A stretch of 64,000 nucleotides of DNA from an uncultured SAR86 cluster bacterium (lineage in GTDB: Bacteria; Pseudomonadota; Gammaproteobacteria; Magnimaribacterales; D2472): contig CABXVU010000003.1 in assembly GCA_902515775.1 (NCBI GenBank), positions 32,348 to 96,347 of the forward strand, written 5' to 3'. Below, in pieces: positions 1 through 9,761 of this stretch. Under the pieces are notes generated by a model. The model was not told where the DNA came from and did no database searches. It saw only the letters and a program-made list of their open reading frames with translations. Every line of letters begins with the position of its first letter. The first letter of the stretch is position 1. The translations under genes and the position numbers were made by a program.

Positions 1-797
1 CGGAGAATTGAATGAGAATTATCCACTGGGCATGATGCGTTCACCATAATGAACTCACCGCCACTTGGTGGCAGATTAACCATCTTTAATCCTACAGTTC
101 CTAACCCCCAAGACTCTCTAGTAAAAGTTGTTGTAAACATATCATGATTCTCGACCTTATATTCTTCTGAAACACTATCATTATTAGGATCCATTAATGT
201 TTCAGCAATTGTCTTTTTATAAATACCTTCAGTAATAGCTTCAGTTTCAGGGAGGCTTGGTGACCCATGTACTTTAGGAAAGTGGGCCTGATCAACATCA
301 TTTTCAGCAATTTCCTGTAACACAGTATTGATATTGTAATCGTAATGATGAACTTTCCCCCATTTTTCATCATCACCATTAAAGCCCTCTATAAGAGGAA
401 CTTCCCATTGAGGTGCTTCTTTATTGAGATGATGCCATGCCCAAATAAAACCATTTACATCTACAACAGGATAACTGAATATTTTTATATCTTTGGCAGA
501 TTCTGGCACGCTACTATCTGAGGCAATTTCAGCACATGATCCAGAAATATCCCATTTGATTCCTTGCTTAGGACATGAAAGCGTTTCACCTTCAACCTTG
601 CCACTCAATGCTAGATTTATACCTGAATACCCGCAATAAGCGTCCAAAACTCCAATTTTTCCAGATTCTGTCCTGAATGCAGCTATATCATTTTCACAAA
701 ATTTAACAGACTTAACTTCACCGTTTTTTAGTTCGTGACTTCTCAGAACACAAAACCAACCATCAGGCATTGGGAATGGAAACTCTTGTTTTGGCAT
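1..797 (-). CDS. Rieske-type non-haem iron oxygenase, KshA (3-ketosteroid-9-alpha-hydroxylase)-like. The 3' end runs off the window, so it is absent from the ORF track.
   Basis: My own reverse-strand translation from the ATG at 797-795 gives MPKQEFPFPMPDGWFCVLRSHELKNGEVKSVKFCENDIAAFRTESGKIGVLDAYCGYSGINLALSGKVEGETLSCPKQGIKWD... The frame stays open to position 1. It carries the mononuclear-iron motif E-x3-D-x2-H-x4-H (ENDVDQAHFPKVH, about 267-305). The Rieske-like Cys pair is present but its His ligands are substituted. Confidence 0.7.
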   Translation of the reverse strand, partial: MPKQEFPFPMPDGWFCVLRSHELKNGEVKSVKFCENDIAAFRTESGKIGVLDAYCGYSGINLALSGKVEGETLSCPKQGIKWDISGSCAEIASDSSVPESAKDIKIFSYPVVDVNGFIWAWHHLNKEAPQWEVPLIEGFNGDDEKWGKVHHYDYNINTVLQEIAENDVDQAHFPKVHGSPSLPETEAITEGIYKKTIAETLMDPNNDSVSEEYKVENHDMFTTTFTRESWGLGTVGLKMVNLPPSGGEFIMVNASCPVDNSHSIL

Positions 798-1005
798 TTT
801 TCTTTTTCCTTTAAAGATTGTTATTACTATAATTATATTTAATTTAATGCAATTTTAAAAATATATTTTTATAATAAATATATATTAATTAATTCGAATT
901 ATCGCTTTTTAATAAATGCATATTGATAAATTACGAGTTATATTATTGTCATACATATTTCATAAAATGTATCATTAAAATAAATTAAATTAGGGAGAGA
1001 AAATA

Positions 1006-1773
1006 ATGTCTGAATTAAGATTTGTAAAAACACCAGAACAGTTAATTGAAGCTGCAGAAAACAACTTAGAATTTTTTGATGCAAACATGAATGCAATCAA
1101 AGCTTGGTATCGCACAGAGCCAGGTCTTGTTGAGCAACTAATTCCAGCTCCACTAGAGCCCCATGCAGATCCAATGGTGAGAGTAGTTATTTCGAGAGTG
1201 TTTGTTGATCTTAATGGTGGCATGGATTTTGGTGCTGCTACTTTTGGAGTGAATTGCATGTATAAGGGAAAAGAGGGCATCTATGAGATCACCATGCCAA
1301 TGGAAGGAGAAGGAGTCGTAGTTGGTGGAAGAGAAACTTATGGAGAGCCAAAGAAAATTGCAGATGTTACAGCCTCTAAAGATGGAGATGATTGTCTTGC
1401 AACTGTTACGCGGTATGGTATTACTTATCTTGAATTAAAAGGTAAAGCCACAGAAGAATTAGAAACTAGCTCTTTTACAGACGAAGTCTATTGCTTTAAG
1501 GTTTTTCCCTCATGCGAGCAACATAAACCAGTAGATCAAAATCCATTACTAGTAAAAATAAATATGCATAGAACACAATCAGTTCACATGAAAATAGATG
1601 GAGAAATTATTTTAAGAGAATCTCCAGTTGATCCGGTTGTTGATTTGCCTGTTAAAGAAATGGTTTCGCTTACATGGGAAGAGGGAACTTCTTCTTCAAA
1701 TGCATCTGTGATGGAAGAGGTTGATGCTATGTCTTACATTCCATTCATGCATTCTAGATACGATTCTGCATAG
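1006..1773 (+). CDS. acetoacetate decarboxylase (ADC) family protein
   Basis: The segment GGRETYGEPKKIADV matches the ADC-family G-R-E-x-x-G-x-P-K-K Schiff-base lysine dyad. The length of about 250 aa fits. An AGGGAGA RBS lies upstream. Confidence 0.65.
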   Translation: MSELRFVKTPEQLIEAAENNLEFFDANMNAIKAWYRTEPGLVEQLIPAPLEPHADPMVRVVISRVFVDLNGGMDFGAATFGVNCMYKGKEGIYEITMPMEGEGVVVGGRETYGEPKKIADVTASKDGDDCLATVTRYGITYLELKGKATEELETSSFTDEVYCFKVFPSCEQHKPVDQNPLLVKINMHRTQSVHMKIDGEIILRESPVDPVVDLPVKEMVSLTWEEGTSSSNASVMEEVDAMSYIPFMHSRYDSA

Positions 1774-1781
1774 GATATTTT

Positions 1782-2660
1782 ATGAAAGATTTTAATGGCA
1801 AGTTAGCTGTAGTTACCGGTGGTGCATCAGGAGTAGGTTTTGCAATTGGGGAGGCTCTTGCAAAAGAAGGGGCTAAAGTTATTCTTACTGATGTTGAGCA
1901 AGAAAGTCTTGAGGCCTCTTCTGCAACTTTAGTTGAACAATCATTGGAAGTTTCTTGTAAAGTTGCCGACGTTTCTGACCCATCTTCAATGCATGAACTT
2001 GCAAAATGGTGCAAATCAGAGCATGGCCCTGTCCACTTGCTTTTTAATAATGCAGGAGTTGCACCTGCAGAATTACTTCCAATTTGGGATACAAAACCAA
2101 ATGATTGGCAATGGGCTTATGGGGTAAATGTTATGGGAGTCCTTCACGGGATCCAAGCTTTTGTTCCAGATATGCTTGCTCACGGTGAAGAAGCAAGAGT
2201 TATTAATACCTGCTCTGGCAATGGCGCATTTATAAACCTACCTTCAACACCTATCTATACATCCTCAAAAGCTTCAGTCTCAAGCATTACTGAAGTATTA
2301 AAGTTACAACTTGATCAAGCTGAGGCCAATGTGAAAGTTTCAATATTATTTCCAGGCCCTCATACAGTTAGAACCAAACTTTTTTCTGCTGAACGTAATC
2401 GACCAGAAGAACTTGCAAGAGATCCAGATGCTCCTGAGCATCCAATATCCTCTGTTGAGGATATGTTAGAGATGATGAGTTCAATGGGTATTGAGATGGA
2501 AACAACTGAACCAGAGGAAGTGGCTTCATTTTGTTTATCCCAAATTAAATTAGGCAACTATTGGATCAATCCAATTAGTGAGAAAAGTGAACAGGCCTTT
2601 AAGGATAGAGTAGATTCAATTGTAAATAGAACCGATTTGCCAAATCCAAATATTTTTTAA
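1782..2660 (+). CDS. short-chain dehydrogenase/reductase (SDR)
   Basis: TGGASGVG Rossmann motif, NNAG, and the YTSSK catalytic Y-x3-K. It starts 8 nt after the preceding gene. Confidence 0.85.
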   Translation: MKDFNGKLAVVTGGASGVGFAIGEALAKEGAKVILTDVEQESLEASSATLVEQSLEVSCKVADVSDPSSMHELAKWCKSEHGPVHLLFNNAGVAPAELLPIWDTKPNDWQWAYGVNVMGVLHGIQAFVPDMLAHGEEARVINTCSGNGAFINLPSTPIYTSSKASVSSITEVLKLQLDQAEANVKVSILFPGPHTVRTKLFSAERNRPEELARDPDAPEHPISSVEDMLEMMSSMGIEMETTEPEEVASFCLSQIKLGNYWINPISEKSEQAFKDRVDSIVNRTDLPNPNIF

Positions 2661-2674
2661 AATTTTAATTAAAT

Positions 2675-3898
2675 ATGAACGTAAAGACTGTAGATCATTT
2701 TTTTAATCCCTCGTCAAAAGATTTTATTCATGATCCTATTCCCACACTCAAGAAATTATGTTCAGAATATCCAATTTCACGTTTCGATCAATGGCAAGCA
2801 TGGCTAGTTACTGGTCATGAAAATATACTGAAGTGTCTCTTAGATCCTAGACTTTCTACAGACTTTAATTTGTGGGAGTATGCCCCAGAAAAAAAAGCCA
2901 TCGAAGATATGGATCCCTTTGAAAAACTTATGAACAATAATCTTTTCTTTCTAGATCGTAAAAATCATTTGCGATTAAGAAAACTAGCTTTACCTGCTTT
3001 TTCTCCAAGAATCATGGAACAAATGAAAGAGAGATTTACTATTTTAGTCAAGGAAAGATTTGATGAAATAGGCACTCCTGATTCATTTAATTTTGCTGCT
3101 GAGGTTGCTGAAATAGTTCCTACTCAAGCAATAGCTAGCTTAGTTGGAATTCCAAGAGATAAATTTCCTATTTTTGATTCATTGGCATATGGAGTTGTAA
3201 GAGGTATAAATCCTATGTTAACTCCTGAAGAGAGAAAAGATGCGATTAAGGGAGTGCCGGAAGGCTTAAATCTTTTAAATGAATTAATTGATGAAAGAAG
3301 AAAAAATCCAGGAGATGACTTTTTGTCAACCCTAATACTTGCAGAGGATCAAGGCTCAAAACTTTCAAACATGGAAATGTGTGCTCTAGTTGGAGCAGTC
3401 CTAGGGGCTGGCTCTGATACAGCAGTTGATTTACATAGCTATTTAATCAAAACATTACTTCAACACCCAGACCAGTTACAAGCTTTAAAAGATGATGAAA
3501 GCCTCGTTCAAGGAGCAATATCTGAAACACTTCGATATGAATCATCCGGAAAAACTGGGTTAGCAAGATATGCGTCAGAAGATATTAATATAAATGGCTT
3601 TGATGTTAAAAAAGGACAAATGGTTCAATTGATTACAAGTACTGCAGGAATGGATCCAAAAATGTATAACAATCCAGAAGAGTTTGATATTAAAAGAGAT
3701 CACGATAAGAGTATTTCTTTTGGTCAGGGCCCACATTATTGCATTGGCGTTACACTAGTAAGGTCTCAAACAGAGGTAATGTTAAAAGAATTATTTAAAC
3801 GTTTTCCAAATATTAGCTTAGGAAATGAGATTGTTTATGATTACAATCATCACAACGCAAGACGAATGGACGTTATGACAATAAACACAAATTTATAA
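2675..3898 (+). CDS. cytochrome P450
   Basis: Haem-binding loop FGQGPHYCIG (F-x-x-G-x-H-x-C-x-G), I-helix AGSDT, and the ETLR (E-x-x-R) motif. Confidence 0.9.
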   Translation: MNVKTVDHFFNPSSKDFIHDPIPTLKKLCSEYPISRFDQWQAWLVTGHENILKCLLDPRLSTDFNLWEYAPEKKAIEDMDPFEKLMNNNLFFLDRKNHLRLRKLALPAFSPRIMEQMKERFTILVKERFDEIGTPDSFNFAAEVAEIVPTQAIASLVGIPRDKFPIFDSLAYGVVRGINPMLTPEERKDAIKGVPEGLNLLNELIDERRKNPGDDFLSTLILAEDQGSKLSNMEMCALVGAVLGAGSDTAVDLHSYLIKTLLQHPDQLQALKDDESLVQGAISETLRYESSGKTGLARYASEDININGFDVKKGQMVQLITSTAGMDPKMYNNPEEFDIKRDHDKSISFGQGPHYCIGVTLVRSQTEVMLKELFKRFPNISLGNEIVYDYNHHNARRMDVMTINTNL

Positions 3899-4151
3899 TT
3901 ATCTTTTAAAATGAAGGCACAAGTCACATAAAATATACATATTAAATACAATTTAACATTTATATTATTTATGAGTAAAAAAAATACACAAATAAATAAT
4001 TTATATGCTATCTAAAATTTAATATAAATATTAAAAATGAAAGTATCAATTTTAAAAAATACCTTTAAAATTAATTATTATCATTATAACGCAAGACTCA
4101 TGGACGTTATGACAGTAGCTACAAATTAGAATTATTTTTAAAATGAAAGCA
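3846..4151. repeat. diverged direct repeat of about 72 bp (3846-3917 and 4080-4151) flanking a very AT-rich spacer of about 160 bp
   Basis: Copy A is atcatcacaacgcaagacgaatggacgttatgacaataaacacaaatttataattatcttttaaaatgaaggca. Copy B is atcattataacgcaagactcatggacgttatgacagtagctacaaattagaattatttttaaaatgaaagca. By-eye alignment gives about 12 mismatches. Confidence 0.8.
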
Positions 4152-4346
4152 TTCGTTGAATCATTATCAACTCAAATTGAAAACTGGGGCATGGTTTGGT
4201 TTGGATTAATTTTTTTAGGAAGTATCTTTAATGAATTTTCTATTTTTAATGCGCTAAATATTTCAGTTCTAAATACAAACTTGTTTCCGTATCTATTAGG
4301 TTTAACGCTTGGTTTAGTTGCAAAATATAGAGGTCGTTGGATATGA
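4143..4346 (+). CDS. small hydrophobic membrane protein (hypothetical)
   Basis: A 67-aa ORF with two hydrophobic stretches. It overlaps the downstream desaturase-like gene by 10 nt. No family recognised. Confidence 0.4.
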   Translation: MKAFVESLSTQIENWGMVWFGLIFLGSIFNEFSIFNALNISVLNTNLFPYLLGLTLGLVAKYRGRWI

Positions 4347-5245
4347 GATTTGACAATTCAAATATACCCGCAGAATTTTCTTTTGAAAAAGAAAAAGAAG
4401 TTGCTAGGAAATTCGCTCAAAGATTTCAGTGGGAAATGATGCTAATTGGAGTTGGCCAAGCACTAGTTTGGTTATCAACATGGTTTTTGGTCATCAATAA
4501 TCATATTTCTTTATTTGTAGGATTTATTGTTGCTTCTATCTGTGCCTGTCTTGCTTATTTACCCTCGCATGAAGCGCAGCATGGAAACTATTCTCGTGGT
4601 AATAAAAAAAAGAAGTGGCTTGATACATTAATCGGTCATGTGTCTTTAATGACTTTGATGTATCCATATCCAATAATGCAGGCAACTCATATGAAGCATC
4701 ATGCAAATACAAATAATCCCGAAAAAGATATTGATTACGGTATTGTGAGCTGCAAAAATCCATGGGAGGTATTTTTGTACACTCTCCAGGGCCCGGGGAG
4801 TGCATATCAGGAATATTATGAAGTTCACAAAGGCGATAAAAATTTTGTAGATAAATTTAGCCGTGGATTGCTTGTAAGCTGGGTACAAAGATTTGTTCAA
4901 TTGCTCCTAGTTGTAATCTTTCCGCTAGAAACCTTATTTTTATGGTTCTTGCCCAGGAAGATTGGTACTTTTTATACCGCCCTGAATTTCTCATGGTATC
5001 CCCACCAAGGCCTTGGGGTCGGAAGATATAAGGATTCAAAATTTTATATGTTTAAATACATACCAAGATATTTAACTCATTCAATGCAACTCCATTTTGT
5101 TCACCATCTTCATCCTAACATTGGTCATTGGAGCGAGGCTGAGGCGATCATAGCTCTGAAGCCCTTTTTGATAGCTAGAGGAGTTCCTGGTGCTGAGGAG
5201 ATACCTGATAAAATAAATTACAGACCATTACTAAAAAAAGCTTAA
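4337..5245 (+). CDS. membrane fatty-acid-desaturase-family di-iron oxygenase (desaturase, ketolase or hydroxylase type)
   Basis: Three histidine boxes are present: HEAQHG, HMKHH and HFVHHLH. There are N-terminal transmembrane segments. Confidence 0.8.
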   Translation: MDMRFDNSNIPAEFSFEKEKEVARKFAQRFQWEMMLIGVGQALVWLSTWFLVINNHISLFVGFIVASICACLAYLPSHEAQHGNYSRGNKKKKWLDTLIGHVSLMTLMYPYPIMQATHMKHHANTNNPEKDIDYGIVSCKNPWEVFLYTLQGPGSAYQEYYEVHKGDKNFVDKFSRGLLVSWVQRFVQLLLVVIFPLETLFLWFLPRKIGTFYTALNFSWYPHQGLGVGRYKDSKFYMFKYIPRYLTHSMQLHFVHHLHPNIGHWSEAEAIIALKPFLIARGVPGAEEIPDKINYRPLLKKA

Positions 5246-5274
5246 ATTTTTTTATCATAAAAAATATTTCCTGA

Positions 5275-5508
5275 ATGAGTATTTTTAAAGAAAGGGGAAT
5301 TACTCACCTAGATCTTCATGGCGTAAAGCATCAAGATGTTAGTGATGAAGTAATAAATTTTATCTTCCAGTATCAACACCTTTTACCTTTAATTATTATA
5401 TGCGGCAACAGCAATAAGATGATTGAGATCGTTTCACAGATTTTAAAAACAAGTAATATTATTTTTTCTTCTTCAAGATTTGGAATTATAAGAATTGAAG
5501 GGATTTAA
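5275..5508 (+). CDS. small Smr-like domain protein
   Basis: The LDLHG motif sits near the N-terminus and the 77-aa size fits a stand-alone Smr domain. The HGxG position reads CGNS. Confidence 0.4.
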   Translation: MSIFKERGITHLDLHGVKHQDVSDEVINFIFQYQHLLPLIIICGNSNKMIEIVSQILKTSNIIFSSSRFGIIRIEGI

Positions 5509-5610
5509 CGATTAATTGATAAAAAAATTGTTTAAATATCCTTTGGGATGCAAAAAATGTCTATTTTTGTAATAATAGGTCCACTATTTCATTTATTTTG
5601 GGGAATATTC

Positions 5611-7788
5611 ATGAATAAACTTAAAAACATTATTTTTTTAATACCTCTAATGCTTGCATTCAATGCATCTGCACAGATTTCAATGTTAGAAGAGGTTGTA
5701 GTTACCGCACAGAAAAAAGAAGAGTCTCTTCAAGATGCACCAATCGCGATTACTGCGCTTACTGCCTCCACCATTGAAGACTTAGACATAGCCAATGTTG
5801 TTGATCTTGCTGGTATGGCACCAAACGTACATATTATAAACACTCCATCTAATAATACTGCAGCAACAATAGCAATTCGTGGCGGGTCTACCACAAATCC
5901 TGCAATTACATGGGAGCCTACTGTAGGTATGTATTTGGATGGCGTTTATTTAGGGAAAGGCCAAGGATCAATTTTTGATGTCGTTGATTTGGAGAGAGTT
6001 GAAATTCTTCGTGGGCCACAGGGAACCTTATATGGAAGAAATACACTTGGCGGAGCTATAAATCTTATAAGTAAAAAGCCTTCAGGAGAAGGGATGTCAT
6101 CAAAGCTAACTCTTGGTAATTATGGCTTAAGACAGGCTCAGTTTATTACTGACTTTGGGTTAGGAGAAAATCGTTTTGCTAAATTGGTAGTTAATAAGAA
6201 ACAAAGAGCTGGCTATGTAAGGATGTATGATTCTCCTTATCAAGCCTTTGACGGGGTTGTTCCTAATACTGTTTCATCTAATGATAAATTAGATGCTATT
6301 GATTCCACTGGTTACAAGTTTACCTACCTTTACGAGGGTGATAAAACTAGCGTAACCTTTACGACTGATAAAACAGATCAAAAGAATGTTCCTCCATTTG
6401 CTCAATTGATTTATACAATTCCAAATTGGAGTGCCGCATTTGGTCTTGGTGCATCTGCATTAACTGGTGGATTGCAAGTTGCTCCTATTGAGCTTTTTGC
6501 AAACACTGAACGTCAATCAATGGCACATAATGATACTTTGACATCAGAGCTTTCTGTTGTAAAAGGTACCAGCTTAACGGTTGCTAGAGAGACTGGTCTT
6601 GGTACTCTAAAAGCGATCTGGTCAAAACGAGAAACTAAATGGTTTGATCGCCTTGATCTAGATGGTGGCCCTTTTAATATCGCAGATACTTCAAGAGACA
6701 CCGATTATGAAGCCGACACATTTGAACTTCAGCTTTCAGGCTCTACAGATAATCTCGATTATGTGATTGGCTATTATGTGCTCGAAGATGATGCGTATAC
6801 TTCAAATCCCCAATCATTTTTCTTAGGTGGGTCAGTATTTGTTCAAAATTATTCAGGTTCAGGTGAGTCAGAAGCTATATTTGGCCAATTCAGCTATAGG
6901 TTTGCAGAGGATTGGTCAGTTACATTAGGAGCTAGATCCACTGAAGAGGACAAAACAGGCTTTAAAGAGTATGTCGGTATTATCTCAGCAAGTGGCGAAG
7001 GAAGCTTTGATGATACGACCAGCACTTTTATTCTTGAGCACGATTTCAGTGAAAATACTAATGTCTATTTTAAAGTAGCTGAAGGGTTTAAAGCTGGTGG
7101 TTTTAATGCTGAAAGTTCAAATCCGTTTGCAGCATCAACTCCATATGCTCCTGAAACCATCGAATCAAAAGAACTTGGTCTAAAAGGAAGATATTTAGAT
7201 AATAGAATGATGTTAAACGTTGCTTATTTTGATAATGAGCATGAGGATATGCAGATTTCATATTTTAATGCTGATGCTGCTGCGGCCTCTGAAGTTATAA
7301 ATAATTCTGCAAGCATTTCTGGTCTTGAGATTGAATCTATGACTATGCTCAATGACTCTACAGTCCTTACTCTTAACTTTAGTACTCTTGATTCTGAATT
7401 TACTGGAAATAAGACCGCACAAGATGGTTTTCTACTTGAAAATATTCCATATTCTCCAGAAAAAACTTTGTATGCATCTTTAGAGAAAGATTTTGGAGCT
7501 TATAGGGTTCGTTTAGATCATACCAGAGTGGATGAACATCCTTCATTTCCATATAACTCAAAAGATTTTCGAGCTGTTTTAACAAATATTGATTCAAACG
7601 CTAAAACAGATCTACTTGTATTAACTGAACCAATGGAAAATCTTCAATTAAATTTTTGGGTTAGAAATTTAACTAATGAATACCATCAATCAAGCGCCAT
7701 AAGTTTTGGCCCTGGATTTGGTTATTTAACCGTTGGGTATTTCGATGCACCAAGAACATTTGGTATGGATTTACACTATAGTTTCTAG
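5611..7788 (+). CDS. TonB-dependent outer membrane receptor
   Basis: Signal peptide MNKLKNIIFLIPLMLAFNASAQ, plug-domain start EEVVVTAQKKEESLQDAPIAITAL, a long beta-rich body and a C-terminal YSF. The ATG at 5611 is preferred over the track start at 5548. Confidence 0.9.
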   Translation: MNKLKNIIFLIPLMLAFNASAQISMLEEVVVTAQKKEESLQDAPIAITALTASTIEDLDIANVVDLAGMAPNVHIINTPSNNTAATIAIRGGSTTNPAITWEPTVGMYLDGVYLGKGQGSIFDVVDLERVEILRGPQGTLYGRNTLGGAINLISKKPSGEGMSSKLTLGNYGLRQAQFITDFGLGENRFAKLVVNKKQRAGYVRMYDSPYQAFDGVVPNTVSSNDKLDAIDSTGYKFTYLYEGDKTSVTFTTDKTDQKNVPPFAQLIYTIPNWSAAFGLGASALTGGLQVAPIELFANTERQSMAHNDTLTSELSVVKGTSLTVARETGLGTLKAIWSKRETKWFDRLDLDGGPFNIADTSRDTDYEADTFELQLSGSTDNLDYVIGYYVLEDDAYTSNPQSFFLGGSVFVQNYSGSGESEAIFGQFSYRFAEDWSVTLGARSTEEDKTGFKEYVGIISASGEGSFDDTTSTFILEHDFSENTNVYFKVAEGFKAGGFNAESSNPFAASTPYAPETIESKELGLKGRYLDNRMMLNVAYFDNEHEDMQISYFNADAAAASEVINNSASISGLEIESMTMLNDSTVLTLNFSTLDSEFTGNKTAQDGFLLENIPYSPEKTLYASLEKDFGAYRVRLDHTRVDEHPSFPYNSKDFRAVLTNIDSNAKTDLLVLTEPMENLQLNFWVRNLTNEYHQSSAISFGPGFGYLTVGYFDAPRTFGMDLHYSF

Positions 7789-7803
7789 TATTGGAATATA
7801 ATT

Positions 7804-7836
7804 AAAAGCCTTGGTATTACCCAAGGCTTTTTTTTT
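7804..7836 (+). terminator. rho-independent terminator after the TonB receptor gene
   Basis: The 11-bp stem AAAAGCCTTGG / CCAAGGCTTTT has a TATTAC loop and is followed by a T-run (7828-7836). Confidence 0.8.
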
Positions 7837-7845
7837 GCAAAAATT

Positions 7846-9012
7846 ATGAATAACAATTGGGAAGATCTACTCAGACTGGATAATCAGCTTACAGACGAAG
7901 AGCGAATGATTCGCGATAATGTTCGAGAATATTGTAAGAAATCACTCATGCCACGTATTTTAAATGCAAATAGGAATGAAGTATTTCACCCTGAGATATA
8001 TAAAGAAATGGGTGAGCTTGGCATTTTAGGTGCCACTATTAAAGGTTATGGATGTGCAGGAGTCGGCTATGTATCATACGGATTAATTACCCGAGAAATT
8101 GAGAGAGTAGATTCAAGTTATCGCTCTGCATTCAGTGTTCAATCTTCTCTGGCAATGTATGCAATTTATAAGTTCGGATCAGATGAACAAAAAGATGAGT
8201 TTTTACCTGAGATGGCAGCGGGAAATTTGATCGGTTGCTTTGGGCTAACAGAACCTGATGCTGGTTCTGATCCAGGCAGCATGTTATCAAATGCTAAAAA
8301 AGTTGAGGGTGGGTACAATCTCAATGGCTCAAAGACATGGATTACAAATGCTCCAGTTGCTGATGTATTTGTTATTTGGGCTAAAGATGAGCAAGGAGTT
8401 TTAAGAGGCTTTATTGCAAGACAGGGATGTAAGGGCCTTGAAGCTAAAGTGCTAGAAGGCAAGTTTGCTCTAAGAGCATCTACAACTGGACAAATTTTTA
8501 TGACGGATGTTTTTATTCCAGATGACTATGTTCTTCCTCTAGCTCAAAGTTTTAAAGGTCCGTTTTCCTGCTTAAATATTGCAAGATATGGTATTGCATG
8601 GGGCGCTATGGGAGCAGCTGAATTTTGTTGGCATGCTGCCCGACAATATACTCTGGACAGAACTCAGTTCGGAACTCAATTAGCTGCAAAGCAATTAGTG
8701 CAAAAAAAATTGGCAGACATGCAGACTGAAATTACGTTAGGTTTACAAGCCGCATTAAGAGTTGGGCGACTGATTGATGAGGATCAAATGATTCCCGAAA
8801 TGATTTCTCTTATCAAGCGTAATAATTGTGGTAAAGCTCTTGATATAGCAAGAATGGCTAGAGATATTCATGGAGGAAATGGCGTGATTGATGAGTATCA
8901 TGTCATGAGACATACCATGAATCTAGAAGCTGTAAATACTTATGAGGGTACTCATGATATTCATGCTTTGATTTTAGGCAATCTTCAGACAAACATTGCT
9001 GCTTTCGAGTGA
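7846..9012 (+). CDS. gcdH: glutaryl-CoA dehydrogenase (acyl-CoA dehydrogenase family)
   Basis: N-terminal [24 protein letters not shown], then [17 protein letters not shown] and [13 protein letters not shown], all typical of GcdH-type ACADs. Confidence 0.8.
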   Translation: MNNNWEDLLRLDNQLTDEERMIRDNVREYCKKSLMPRILNANRNEVFHPEIYKEMGELGILGATIKGYGCAGVGYVSYGLITREIERVDSSYRSAFSVQSSLAMYAIYKFGSDEQKDEFLPEMAAGNLIGCFGLTEPDAGSDPGSMLSNAKKVEGGYNLNGSKTWITNAPVADVFVIWAKDEQGVLRGFIARQGCKGLEAKVLEGKFALRASTTGQIFMTDVFIPDDYVLPLAQSFKGPFSCLNIARYGIAWGAMGAAEFCWHAARQYTLDRTQFGTQLAAKQLVQKKLADMQTEITLGLQAALRVGRLIDEDQMIPEMISLIKRNNCGKALDIARMARDIHGGNGVIDEYHVMRHTMNLEAVNTYEGTHDIHALILGNLQTNIAAFE

Positions 9013-9071
9013 TCCTCAATGTCAAGTAAGCTTGATGTTTAAATTATCTCTGCATACCATGAAATTCACAT

Positions 9072-9761
9072 ATGAATGTTATAAAAGTAAATAATATTAC
9101 CAAACACTACCTCTTAGGCTCACAAAAAGTTGAGGCCCTGAGAGGAGTAACTTTTGGAATAAGGCAGGGAGAATTCATAGCAATCATGGGTCCATCTGGC
9201 TCTGGTAAATCTACGCTTATGAATATTATAGGATGCTTAGATAGCCCGACTAATGGAACATATCATTTAAACAATAAAGAAGTAAGTACATTGGAGGGTG
9301 ATGAGCTGGCAGGAATAAGAAACAGAGAAATAGGATTTGTATTTCAAAATTTTCATCTTTTAGCCAGAAATAGCGCTCTTGATAATGTCATGCTGCCTTT
9401 AAAATATGCTGGGTTCAACAGAGACGATCAGTTAAAAAAAGCAAGAGAGACACTCTCCAAGGTTGGGCTTGAGTCTCGAATGAATCATCAACCATCTGAG
9501 CTTTCAGGAGGACAGCAACAAAGAGTTGCTATTGCAAGAGCCTTAGTCAATAATCCTTCTATTCTATTCGCTGATGAGCCCACTGGTAATTTAGATAGTC
9601 AAACTGGACATGATGTAATGCAATTATTCCATAATCTTCATCAACAAGGCCAGACCATAATTTTGATTACACATGAGAATGAAATTGCTGCTGAGGCACA
9701 AAGGGTAATATATATTAAAGATGGGCTGATAGAATCAGATATCAAAAAGGATAAAGTATGA
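9072..9761 (+). CDS. ABC transporter ATP-binding protein (MacB/LolD-type)
   Basis: Walker [10 protein letters not shown], signature [15 protein letters not shown], and Walker [13 protein letters not shown]. Confidence 0.9.
   Translation: MNVIKVNNITKHYLLGSQKVEALRGVTFGIRQGEFIAIMGPSGSGKSTLMNIIGCLDSPTNGTYHLNNKEVSTLEGDELAGIRNREIGFVFQNFHLLARNSALDNVMLPLKYAGFNRDDQLKKARETLSKVGLESRMNHQPSELSGGQQQRVAIARALVNNPSILFADEPTGNLDSQTGHDVMQLFHNLHQQGQTIILITHENEIAAEAQRVIYIKDGLIESDIKKDKV

Noticed and set aside
798-1005. TGTCAT and an ATACAT-N10-ATGTAT inverted repeat in the divergent promoter region, considered as a Pho box or operator
   Set aside because: Only a single TGTCA half-site is present, without an 11-bp-phased partner. 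The 6-bp A/T-rich inverted repeat is expected by chance in about 85 percent A/T sequence.
5548-5610. N-terminal extensions given by the track for several genes (5548, 19374, 24265, 41582, 38572, 54346)
   Set aside because: In each case a downstream ATG gives a canonical signal peptide or N-terminus. It also removes a long overlap with the neighbouring gene or creates an ATGA or RBS-spaced junction.
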